Under the pieces are notes generated by a model, which did no database searches, was not told the DNA's origin, and saw nothing but the letters and a program-made list of their open reading frames with translations. Shown here one piece after another: positions 39,701-57,500 of a DNA stretch of 64,000 nt (positions within the stretch are counted from its first letter, which is position 1; each line of letters opens with the position of its first letter). The stretch is from assembly GCA_040954595.2 (NCBI GenBank), contig CM082576.2, positions 4,872,760 to 4,936,759 on the forward strand, in the 5' to 3' direction. The translations under genes were made by a program, and so were the position numbers. Source of the DNA: Balanoglossus misakiensis (lineage: Eukaryota; Animalia; Hemichordata).

Positions 39701-39807
39701 GGTATCAGGACGGGCACCCCCTGGACATCCACTACCCGATCCTTGACATTTCCTGCAAGCTTTGGGCTGGGGGTGAGCTAATTCCAGGGGGTAACTGTCC
39801 TAGAACC
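39701..39807. mobile_element. Miniature inverted-repeat element (MITE-like, 107 bp)
   Basis: Left end ggtatcaggacgggcaccccctgga vs reverse complement of the right end ggttctaggacagttaccccctgga (19/25 identical, inner 10 perfect). No clear TSD. Confidence 0.6.
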
Positions 39808-41180
39808 ATCTATACATCTATTATATACATTCACACTGATTATCATGCTGTCTCTTGTAAGTTTTGACATTCATTGATATTTTCTCAAAACATAAAAAAT
39901 TCCTCATCAACATTGTCAACATGAAATGGTTGCGTCTCTCAAAATAAAATATTTTATGTATCTAAAATACAGATCCTTTGTAAATTGATTGTTCATCGTG
40001 GCTAAAGTACTATACAATAAAATGCAAATAAGAGGATCCAAATTGCCATCAAATTAGACCAAAACCCAATTTCCGACTCAACGGATTTACACAATTTGAG
40101 GAGTTACCATCCAACAAAAAAAATTCATAAATTTTCACCATTCCACTTCTTGATACTATTTTCATGAATTTTTAAATCTCTATGATACCATTTTATCAAA
40201 CATTGCATTCACATACGGATTGGTAGGGGTCTGAATTGTTTCAGAATAAATTAACAAAAAGTCAAATTCCAGTCTGAAAATACTGAATGCGAAAGTTTCC
40301 AGGTTAACTGTACAATCTAACATGATATGAATACAAGATAAAGACAGAATTATTTAAAAATCAGAAAATTTACACAAATTCTCCACTGATCTTTCCTAGC
40401 TATCCTTAAAAATAAGCCAATTTTAAAAATATGCATGGTAATTTTTGTACATTCTTTGGTACAGCATCTAACATTTTTCTGGGAGGGGGGTATACATACC
40501 TTTGACATATAAATGTTATTTACACTGAAACTGACCAAAACATTTGTACATTATATTCTTTCAAATTTCAGATTATTTATTCACACTTCGTTTTTTAATT
40601 AAGATAATTAAGAACCAATTGTACATAAAAACTTCAGGGAATGATTCTCATAACTGATCAAAAATTGGACGGCAACATATTTACATACTCTGGGTTTGAT
40701 ATCAGCCTTCCTGATTGTCGAGAAAGATGTTTTGGTTAAATGTTTATTCCAGTTGATGAAAAAATTCATTTTAGGTTTATTTCCGTCATGATTGAAAAAA
40801 TATACATGTACTCTGATTCAATGTTTTCCTCATGATTTCATACTTTTTTTCTGATCAACAAGTTCTTCTAATGATTAAACTGTTTATTAACATACATCCA
40901 AGTCTCTATATAAAAATAGCATTTCTGAGAATATATTCGCTCCAATTACAGTCATACATAGAAACTTTGTATAATACTATTGTACACGAGTCACTATAGC
41001 TGTGAGATTTTTTAACACTGGTGAGCTCTATTCATCACGGCTTATGTAAAATACCGCCACTTTCTCTTTGCATAACTTTCCCATTCAAGCATGTCTAACT
41101 AGAAATTCAGTGAGTTTCTGGCCTATGTTGATGTGAGACCAATAAGTTCGATATATGCCCAGATATTTAATATTTAATAT

Positions 41181-46911
<5,731 letters not shown>

Positions 46912-48399
46912 GATTGTATGGCAGCAGTAAAAAACCTATGTCCACTGAACAGAATTATGTTAGGCTGAGAATTCTCCAACCACCTGTTTGATTGCAGTCG
47001 GCCGATTCCCGATTTTGAAGAACGATTTCAGTCCCGCCACTACTAACCTGTGTAATATCTCCTTCTCAGGAATAATGCTCAGTACGGTGAGATATAATGA
47101 CGGTCTAAGTAGATGTCTGTCTTTGATAGGACCCGAAGCTCTCACACGAGTTGACTCTACCGACACAACAGATGAACTCACTAACGCGCAAAACTAGCAA
47201 TTTCCTTCGCCCATTTTACGGCCGGTAATTTCGTTTGTAACCGCTTCCCCTTCATAAATGAAGTCCCGCATCAGATCGAATGAAAAACATCACAGAAGGT
47301 GGAAATCACTGGAAAATTTCCAGCGTTACTCCCTGTCGAACGTGATGGGCTCCCGGGAAGCAATACATGAACCCGGTCTGGGCGCACTGTTACTATGGTG
47401 GCGTACACGATACACTCATTTGCCTATCAATGCACCGCGGTTCGGTCAATTATTTACTAACCAACACAACACGGTGCAGACAACGGGGACAAGCTGATCT
47501 ACCCATGTGTGACGCCCTCAACACACCTTTATAAGCAATGTTTCGTTTACCTTGACCCTCTGAAGTTTTCGTAAACAAATAAACACCAACTTTGAAAAAG
47601 TAGAAATTCTGAAGAAAGGCAGTATGTTTATGTTTATTCACGACAGAATTGAAAATCACCCAAAAGTCATAGGATGTGATTGAAATGGCAAACACACAAC
47701 AATAATCATTCAAGTAACTTATATCAAAACAAAGTTCAACGCCCCTGAACCCACTACAATTAGATTCTTTTCATTTTTCCTGAACCCAGTTCAATGCATG
47801 AAACCTGTTAAAGAGTGATACAGGGAGACATCCTGAACTGGAAGTAACTTTTTATAGACTGACGCAAACTTAAGTTTGGGAACGACCATACTTTAAAAAT
47901 TCCAAAAGATGTCATAGGCTTTTTTCCTGACAACCTACCGGTACATTGCATTAATCTTAACCATTATTCTATCATATCCATGAATACAATGCTATGGCAG
48001 ATGGATGCATTCTCTGATTCAAAGCAGGAGCCTAACAACCAATACTTATCAACAGTGGAAGATGTGTGAATCGCCTATGTCTAGTCTATGGCATATCCAC
48101 TCACATTCACCTCAATGACAAATACACTCAAGATGGGAAATTAAAGTGTAACTTTACTTTATTACACAAAATCAAATCACAAACCAGTGTCGTTGTTTTC
48201 CATTTTTACACACACAAGATCATCATGTGAATGACACAGGAATTACATCCCAGCACTCCTACAAAAACTGTTAATGTGATAAATACAGATGATCATTTGA
48301 GCAAAACCAGGGTACATGGACACAAAATAGTCAGATTAAAGTCAGATGGCATAAAACTCTACAAATATGCAAATTCCAGAACACACCACCACAATATTG

Positions 48400-50087
48400 C
48401 TATTCTTTCTTGGGCTGCGGGAATGACGCCTTGACTAACTCGTATAGGGTCCAGATGGTGCCGCCAACAACCAGCGTCATTGTGGTTCGGTAGAGAAACT
48501 GATCCATCATTCCTCCTTTCAGATGAATTGGTACATTGTTCTCCTCCTAGAAGGGTACACATAAAGAACATGGTATAATTAAAGCCCCAGTATTTCTCGT
48601 GTGCATCCATTTTTCATCATCGAAAAAAGCCCGTTTTTCCAGTACATCCATCATGGAATACTATATAATGAAGATGTAAGAAAGGTTTGGGCAATTGTAG
48701 CTACATGCAAGCCGAAAATATCGCCCGTAACACTTGAAATGATGCGCGGGTTTGTTTACAACGGAAATGTTGTACATGTCGATCAGCAGCGTGCCACTTT
48801 GACATTTTGATGGTCAGACCATTTTCGGATTTGATCTGGTTCCATCGACTGATTTCTCCCATAAAGTTATCTTCCCAAAATTTCGCCGAATTAGTGCGCA
48901 TTTCTTCGCTGAGTCGCTTGATTTGGGGCGACCAAACCTCTTCCGCATAGATTCACATTTGAGTGCGCATGCGCACTAGTCACGTGTGTCAACATTAGCC
49001 TGACTCACGTGACTTTCTGTCCGGACAGAAAGTCATTCTTCACTCGTTATATTGTAAATTGTATGAGTTTATCAGCAGAGCTGGGGATGATGACTGTTCG
49101 ATTCAGTATCAATTATCATCTACTTTTAGAAATTATAGATGCCGTTTCAAACAAAATTTTGCCCCTACGAGAAATACTGTGGCTTTAATGGTATATTGTA
49201 ACATTTTCGACTTAATATAATCCAACAAACTGTGCCTATAAAGCGTGGCGTTGTCCCTGTAGTGTACTTGGCAATGCCCTGACTTACCTGGAATACTTTC
49301 TGATTTTCATACACACGGTTTTTCAAGTTATTCCTAGAAGTTGTGGACAGGTTCATCCTCGCCCTCGGCACTAGACTCCTTACAGCCTGAAATAAATGAC
49401 ATCAACATCAGCTTTTGATAGCACAATGATTCAAAAGGACTTTATGAAAAAGGCAGGGGAAGTGTACCTTGCTAGTTGTACATTTGTACATCTGACTTTA
49501 TTGTGTCCAAAAGTTTGGGTTGCATAGTGGTCAGTACAGTGTGACCACGGTCACTCCTCATCCTGATGATCCTCATCCTGATTTTCAGGTCATCCGAGGT
49601 CATCGACATCATTAGTTTCCGAGTTGTCGCTCACAAAACTTTTCACGGTTTCGACATTTTGCTGTTGCTTTCACTCCAACTTCTTGATGAATCGAATCCT
49701 TGGGCTCAAAAAATACTAACATCCATAGAAAAACGTAAACGTATTCCGGAAGTGAAATATCACGGCGTGTTGTAAGCCATCGCCGGCCGGCGTACAGAAC
49801 CACAACCGCAGAGAGATGAAAATTACTCAGATAATTTAGTTACATTCACAGCCCCTTTATAAGAGACTTATTCATTAACTACACATAATTCTGATATTGG
49901 AAAATTCTAAAACGTCAACGGTTATACATTTTGCGAACAAACCTTGGAAGTCGTGTTGGTGATCACGTCTCAGTCAAAGTTTGACCTTATTTTGTTACGA
50001 CCTCAACCAACCTTTCACTGGACACGATCTCAGTGAAGTAGCCTCCTCAGAAAAAATCCCGATACTACTCACCAGAATACTTCTCAT
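48400..50087 (-). CDS. COX7A: Cytochrome c oxidase subunit 7A (short, COX7A1/2-type; 86 aa)
   Basis: Exons 50087-50073 (MRSIL), 49386-49288 (AVRSLVPRARMNLSTTSRNNLKNRVYENQKVFQ) and 48546-48400 (EENNVPIHLKGGMMDQFLYRTTMTLVVGGTIWTLYELVKASFPQPKKE*). All phase 0 with canonical GT-AG. Confidence 0.92.
48962..49035. promoter_or_regulatory. Intronic NRF1 palindrome, two CACGTG E-boxes and a 26-bp perfect palindrome
   Basis: agtgcgcatgcgcact 48962-48977, gtcacgtg 48979-48986, tcacgtgac 49005-49013, tgactttctgtccggacagaaagtca 49010-49035. Confidence 0.6.
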
Positions 50088-50159
50088 GGTGAAGCCTTGT
50101 ATTATATTCAAACTGTCTAGTTACCAATCTCACAACCTGCCGGTCGACAATCGTGCGAA

Positions 50160-50240
50160 ACTACAAAACAAAAATGGCGAATAATTCCCAGCATGCACTT
50201 CCAGCAAGTGGATTGTACTTTCAACACAGAGGGCGCTCGC
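50160..50240. promoter_or_regulatory. COX7A proximal promoter motifs (YY1, ZNF143/SBS, CTCF-like)
   Basis: aaaatggcg ~50171-50179, ttcccagcatgca 50185-50197 and acacagagggcgct 50224-50237, 85-150 bp upstream of the ATG. Confidence 0.5.
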
Positions 50241-50555
50241 AATCACAAGCAATGTATCTAGCATAGCAGTGACCACAGCAGTGACTTGAATCTTGACAAA
50301 GAACCACACACAAGCTGGTGACTAGATGACAAAAACATACAACTATATACACTGATAAATACTTCATCTGGCACCATGTAAAATTTATTTAAAAATACAG
50401 CATAAATTACATTGGAGGGGTCAGTCATTGAAATTCAAACATCTACATACAGCGTAAATCTACAAGTACCATTCAGTTGCTGTTTGAACTACAAGAAAAC
50501 ACAAACTGTAAACATGTGTACACTTCAACTGTTGCAAAATACATGTAATCACCAG

Positions 50556-51593
50556 CTACTGGTTTTTCTTAGGCATTGATGCCTTGTACAGTTCATAGAA
50601 AGTCCATATGGTGCCACCTGCACAGAGTGACATTGTCAGTGTGAAGAGAAATCTATCCCATCTTCCCCCTTTCAGGTGTATTGGAATTCCACTGTCTCTC
50701 TGAAACAAATAAAACATATAAAGACTTGAAAGAGATCAAAGATATATACACAGAAACTTGAAGTTACAAATTAATTACAGGTAAACACACATTAAACTGC
50801 CTCAAATACTGCGTGCAAGACGATGAAGCAAATGATGCTACACAACATGTGTAAACGTTTGTATGTTGGTGTGATATGGTATGAACAAAATAAATCTTTC
50901 TGCCCACTTGCTGCTATGTACACAAAATGTTCATATTATTGTAGAGAACTCGTATACAGCTCCTACCTGGAAAAGTACTTGATTTCTATAAACTTGGTTG
51001 CGAACTCCAAAGAGTCCATCTCCTCCCATGACACTGAGAGTTGGAGCTTGCTTTGGAGGCTGTGCCCAAACTATTGGAGGCTTCTCTTTCACTGCTGCCT
51101 TTAAACCCTGAAAAAACAAAAGTTGTTTAAAGAGACATATGTGATGCACAGCTCATACGGCAAAATGCCTGAAACATGCAAACTTGCAAAGTAAGTGTTT
51201 CCAAATGTATTTGGATTGACCCCACCGACTTGACACTAATGATGGTTGCTGATAGACAGACGCACTCTGCTGATAGACCAATCCATAAAATACCCCCCGG
51301 ACAAACAAGGCGGAGGGGGAATAATTAGGGGAAGTGACTTCACCAACACTGGTTTGAGATGACCTTACACACGCACTGCAGATCAGCTGCGTCTCCACAG
51401 CAATCGAAACGTCGCAGAGAGCGAGTGATGACATTGGTCACGTACGTTACCGGCGCTGACGTTGACCACGTACATAATCGTTCTAGTCACTTCCGTGGAC
51501 TGTACGAACCTATTTACTTACCTCGGGTCTATAGGCAAGTTGTGGACTTGCCTGAGCAAGTTTCCCAGTAAGACTGTTGTATTTATAAGACAT
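50556..51593 (-). CDS. COX7A2L: COX7A-related protein with long N-terminal extension (COX7A2L/SCAF1/COX7RP-like; 118 aa)
   Basis: Exons 51593-51522 (MSYKYNSLTGKLAQASPQLAYRPE), 51107-50967 (GLKAAVKEKPPIVWAQPPKQ...RNQVYRNQVLFQ) and 50699-50556 (RDSGIPIHLKGGRWDRFLFTLTMSLCAGGTIWTFYELYKASMPKKNQ*). The N-terminus parallels vertebrate COX7A2L (MYYKF..KLA...AYSPQGLK...PPIIFATP). Confidence 0.88.
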
Positions 51594-52001
51594 CTTGTCA
51601 GAAAACTTCTGAGCCTACCGTACCGGTCAACACGAGCAGAAAGCCGGAAGCTGCTCTTGCAGTGTATGCATGCTGGGACGTGTCACACGCCCTCTACCAT
51701 CTATCCATTACGAAACATTTGCATATAACTACTTTGCATAAGAAACTTATTGAATATGCTAATATTTTGGCCTAGAGTACGGGTACACGTGCTATATTTT
51801 ATTCATAATATGCTAATATCTACGAAAGCGAGGCAGGGTGTTGTATTTTCTTGTGTTTATTCCGCGTTGCCCAGGTCGACCACACACTGTACACATTACT
51901 ACCATAGTACAGTTGCCGTTGCCAGCGACCACTGGATGTTCTGACAATCTCGAGGCAACTTTTGATATTTTCTCAACACTTTTCAGACTTTGAACTTAAA
52001 A
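51594..52001. promoter_or_regulatory. Compact bidirectional COX7A2L-like/CCDC170 promoter
   Basis: Divergent ATGs about 410 bp apart. ETS ccggaag at ~51644, ZNF143/SBS tgcatgctggga at 51667-51678, and X-box half-sites gttgcc at ~51866 and ~51912. Confidence 0.55.
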
Positions 52002-55000
52002 ATGGCATCATACTACAGGGACGAAAAAATTGATTCTCTTCCTAGGATTTCACAACAACACGGTCTGTTGGATTCCCAATATCGCAGCCCTTTGAGGCGA
52101 CTCGACGATCCCCTCACACGTCTCGACGTCGGAAGCGAACGCTGGCTTCACAATCGGTCGGCTCCGCCAGCAACACTACATTCGCCGTCTCCTCCCATCG
52201 GTGGTCCACCGTCGCATTCTACCCACAAACTTGTCCACGAGGTAAGTTTGAAGCATACTGACCTGAACGCCTAGTTGCTAACGCCTGCCCAAATTTCTTT
52301 GTGTCACGATTCAATGATTTATTCGTGCATCTGCCATCTCTGAAGTTTCTTATTTTATTCTCTTCCAGCTTCATGACCAGGTGAATTTTTTCAAGAATGA
52401 ACTCGAAAAGAAGGATCGTTTGATTGCAGAGCTATCAAGGTAAACATTTGCGTGTATATTTTACATTAAAAATGACAAGCATTAGCCTACTGTAGAACAT
52501 CAGAAATTGGGCTATCGAATCTTCATCTTGCCGCATTGGTGTTTAGATGTATAGCAACCCATCATTGATACACTGACTTGGTCTAACAAAGGATAACGGG
52601 ACGCATAACGGCAAGTGTCAAAAACTTCTTTGTCGCCCTGATAGGTTTATCCCAACAAAGTATTGGCTACATAGTTAACTGTTGTTTCATTTTGTTACAA
52701 TTTGCTACTATTTGTTTTAATTTTGACATAACAGCACATCATTGACATTGTTTAATCACCTAGTGCACATCACACAATCTAGATCTTCATGTGTTTGTTT
52801 TCTCTTTGAAATTGTAGTGCCGAGTCACCAAGAGCACGCAGAAGTTACGATGACACCACTAAAGTAAGTATATGTATATTTATATTGCCCATAATTTGGA
52901 TAGTTTAGTTTATAATATTTGAAATTTATAGTGACACTGTATATATTCTCACCAGTGTGCCAACAACTTTGCATTTTGTCAGATCTAGTTTTGTCCTGTT
53001 TCAATTAAATATTCTGAAATTTCAGTTTTGAAAAACATAAGTGAAATTTCAGTTTTCTACAAAATGGGGGAAATAGGTTGCTCATGTAGGCTTGCCCTAT
53101 AGTTGTCCTTTAAGGTGAGTTCTTTAAGCAGCCATTCATTCTGTGTGGTAACCATTGTCCAACCCACGTCCAGGCAGATAATAGCGTTGCTATTTGTATG
53201 ATGGTGAAAGACCAAATGGCACTGTCGTCATGTGTGCTGCCCCACCCCCATCTGAATATGTCAGTTCTACCCTGCAATATTTCAGCCGGCCTGTTAATGA
53301 CTAGGGATCATTATATTTTGGTAACTAACTGCCCTGCTTGCTTAGCACTTAATTGGCAATTGGCTACTTGGCTCCAGGTTGTTTAGTCATGCCAAAAAGT
53401 CATTTGCATATGTGCTACTGGTACAGTGGCAAAGGAATGTTCCGAACAACAATGATGTTTGGTTTTTATATTGAGATCTGCTTTCCTTGCGGCATTGACT
53501 ATGTTGTGTAATTAGACTGAAAGCTGACATCAATATTCTTATTAAAAGATCTGACCAAAAAGCTATGCGTTTCTTCTTCATCTCAGATTGATAGCTTCTA
53601 TGAAGCCGAGCTGAGGAGAAGCAAAGATGCCGCGTACAGACTTGCAACTGACGCTTCAAGATCTGACTTGGCGGCTTTACAGTTGAGATACGACAGGTTA
53701 CAGTCAGAGGTGAGTCACAATTATGCACATCTGCATTCGCCATTCTTTCTGTGTGAAATCTGATCTTGTAGCTTGGATTCTTAGCTTGCTTGCTTGCCTG
53801 CTTTTTCAGAGATTCACAGTTCACCGGTATCCTTGCTGAAATCCTCTTGTCTTATCATTTCAAAGTTCTGTAGTTTTAATATCACTGTCCTCATTTTTTG
53901 GCACTTATGATTCAAAACTAAATTAAGTTCTCTTTCATTTCTTTGTTTACGACAGACGAGAGACTTAGAATCACGACTCACGGCCAAAGAGCTTTCTGTT
54001 CAAGATTTGAGAACTGAAAATGTGGCATTGAAAGAGAGCGAGGCCAGCCAGTCAGCACTGATCGCTTCTCTGCGAGATCGCATCCACAAACTTGAGAGTG
54101 AAACAGGGTCGTTAGAGACGGTGCAGTCGCGAGGCGAGATCACGATTGCCGCCCTTCAGCGGGAGAACAGAGAGCAGCAGAACCGCATAGTAGAGCTGGA
54201 ATCGCTGGTTCGTGCTTTGCAAACCGAAAGGGAGGAGGCGTCGCGAAAGGCTATCAGCGCAGAGGCAAAGATCACAGAGCTGAATATGGAAATCTGTAAT
54301 GCTTTGGGCTTGGACGGTCATTCCATTGGGGCGTACTCCGCAAAGGTGGGCACTCTATGAAATGCGCTTTCGGAGATCGAGCATCTCCAAAACATTATTC
54401 CAACATCCTGGCTCTACAGTAAATAAATAAAATGCTGCTTTAAAATTTATCACAAACTGTATCACTGCAACTTCTTACACAACCCCTTCACCCTTGGCAT
54501 TTGTGAATGTGTTAACGTTACAATTTTTTTTAATTCCTCAGTCAAGAGTACATTTTCACATCAATGCAAAGATACACACATCATTGGATTCACATACCCA
54601 CACTTACACCTATCTGCATCTTTTCTTACAGGTGAATGAGTTGGTTCAAGAGAACTTGATTCTCAAAGGCAAACTGACCACCCTGACCGACCACCTTGGT
54701 AGTGCTGAGTTGGAATCTAAGGCCAGCCGAGAAACCATCATGCGTCTGGTGTCTGAAATATCCCGCGAACAGAAATCAGTCTCATCTACCGTGATGAACA
54801 TTGAAAGTATGAGAGCGGTAAGTACCAGTTGACCTTTGACCTGGCACATACTAAAATACATTCAGGAGGGAGAAAATGTAACGAACTCACTATGAATGGT
54901 TGCTGAGTCAAACCTTGTTTGTTTATGGAAAGAAAAACCTAACAATTCTTCCGAACATCGAGGTAACTAATGACATTTTTTATCTGTCTTGAGTAGGAGA

Positions 55001-57500
55001 GGGATGCTGCAATGATCAGAAGGAATGAACTTGAACGTGAAGTACAACTCCTCAAAGACAGAATCGACGCCAATCAGAGAGCCTGGGACATGACCCGTCA
55101 AGAACTTGAACACCGCGACACCAGAGCGTCAAGCATGGACCATGAGTTGAAGACCTACAAATACAACGCACAGGTTGCCGAGACAACGCTCAGAGCTTTC
55201 AGAGAATCTCTTGCCAGCTTCCTGAGTGACGGTGGAGACATGTGTGATGATTCTGAAGAATCTATCAAGGAGAGAGTCAGAATGCTGCACATGAGAACGC
55301 ATGAAAGACACGGTGTAAGTGTCCATGATTTTCTGTTTCTGAGATGAAAGAAATGTTCCACACATCATTTTACTGATAGTGTATACAAAGTTTCATTATT
55401 CACATCATGTTCACAACCTCTTCTTTCCTCTCTATAAAACAGCAAGTTGACATTCTTGAAAACAAAGTCAAGGCTCTGAGTGATCAACTGGAGAGTCAGG
55501 TCAACTTGCACCAAGCTGCACTCCGTCGTGCCAAAGAAGCTGAGGATGAGCGGGAATATTTCAAGACCAAATGTGACAGTTTTGAGGGAGATTTGACCTC
55601 CACTGCTATGCTCCGAGACAGTCTCCGTGCCGACAAAGAGAGGGTGAGTCAGTTAAACCGTGCCAGATGAGAGACTTTGCTGCTGTTCTGAGTGCATGAA
55701 ATTTGAAAACAGGGTGGTTGCACCAAATTGATATGATTCTACAATCAAAATTTGTACTGAATATACCATCATTGGAAAATTCAGCATCACATCACAACAT
55801 TACTTTTAAAATTGTTTCACATGTCTCTTTGCACGCTGGTCCCTAAATTTGCAATTAAAAACTATGGTCTTCTTGGTTAAGTGGGTTTTAAAAAACTGTC
55901 AGGATGCACAGGACTATTGTTTTAAATAAAGCAGATGGTTTTGGTCTTCGTGTTCATTTTACTTTTCCATTACTAGTCTACTATGCAGAGGTACTACTAT
56001 ATGCTGTGTTATTTTCCCCCTCATACATTGCTATTAGAAGCCTACACCTGTATTGTGTCGTATCCTGCCATGTATTAATTGTACTGTTACCCTGTGGCGA
56101 ACCACTTTTCCTGCTTGATAAATTTTCTTTGCAACTATCCCTCTGTTTCTAAGTGCATGCTGCATAGTAAGCGCTCACTGTTGCTATGTTTTTTTTTCTT
56201 TTTTTTATCTGTTTGTGTGAATAGTATACAAAATTCTTGCAGAGGATGGCGTCAGTCATGAAAATGGATCAGATGGCGCTGGACGTCGGCTACGACATGA
56301 CCGGCGATGCGCTGATGTCTCGCGCTGAGCAGCTGGTCCGCTTGGAGAGCGACGCCGTGGCAGACAAGACCACCACGGTCTACAATCTGCAGCGCAAGGT
56401 GAAGAATCTGAAGGAGCAGCTGGAGAGCAAAGACCTGCACCTGGAACTGCTGAGGAAGAAGATCCACAATCTGGAAGAGGGTCTGCACGGACGCTCGGCC
56501 ATTCAGAAGGACAGAGACGACCTGGAGTACAGCTACAGAAGGTCCAGGAAGGAGAACGAGAGACTCAGAGGGTTGCTGGGTACGGCCAGAGAGACCATCA
56601 AAGATCTGAAGGCCCAGCTGTTGGACACCAACAACTTGAAGGTATGTTCAATAAACAATTGAACAACTCACCCTGTCATTTTACCAGTAGTAGTATCTAC
56701 TTTTTGAAGTTGTATCTGAGGCCAGAAATAATGAGGCCAAATTCCAAGATGATATGTTGTTTGAATCAGGAAGTACATATGCAAAAATTCTTCTGTTGTT
56801 AAGGCGAGAGTAGCATAACAGGATACATGTATTAAATGAAATTATTTTAATAACAATCAAAGTAGGAAAATACATGAACAAAAATGTTGTCAGGTCGTTC
56901 TGTTAAACTTGTAAAAATACAATATATCATTCTTATGAGAAGCAGAAAGTAGCAATTTTAATCAAACAATCAACTGTAACTTATCTGTTGTTTCTTCTTC
57001 AGCTTCTTACTTTGCAACAAAGACAGACAATAGATGCCCTAGAGACTGACCTCGATAAGCTGGAGAGAAGCAGAGAGAAGCAGGCCCGTAAAATCACCGG
57101 CATCAAGCAAGAACTGGAGTTCACAGAACATGAGAAGTCCGAAGACAGGGATAGGCTGGCCAGTACACTGGCCCAGGTGGAGAACGAGCTTCGTGCCACC
57201 AGACAACTGCTGGAAGAGACCTCGAGACGCGAGCGACAGCTGGTTGATTTCCGCCAAGTCATGGCTCGCATGCTCGGCTTGGACGTCAACACGCTGGCTG
57301 TTCCCGACTACGAGATCATCGCTCGCCTGGAGAAAGTGATCCAGGCCCACCACTCGCACACACTCACCACACAAACCCTGCAAAGCAGTATGGCCGACTT
57401 GGACCCGGGTCTTGGCTATGGTGGAACGGGTGCCCGCCGATCGCGGACCAGGTCGCTGTCACCGACCAGACGACGTCACATCCACACAACAAAGTTTTAG
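52002..57500 (+). CDS. CCDC170: Coiled-coil domain-containing protein 170-like
   Basis: Exons approx. 52002-52241, 52369-52439, 52818-52863, 53587-53709, 53956-54345, 54632-54817, 54997-55314, 55443-55643, 56225-56641, 57003-57500. Long heptad coiled coil with motifs ELESKASRETIMRLVSE, RAEQLVRLES..DKTTTVYNLQRKVK.LKEQLESKDLHLELLRKKI and RERQLVDFR..ARMLGLD...VPDYEII.RLE. Confidence 0.9.

Noticed and set aside
35284-41180. 5.9-kb gap between MEN1 and ANKEF1 as a hidden gene
   Set aside because: AT-rich with poly-T/A runs and several polyA signals, consistent with long convergent 3' UTRs or spacer. No coding exon found.
49688-49720. Plus-strand mini-ORF MNRILGLKKY resembling a COX7A presequence start
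   Set aside because: Wrong strand, stops after 10 codons and has no donor; probably coincidence.
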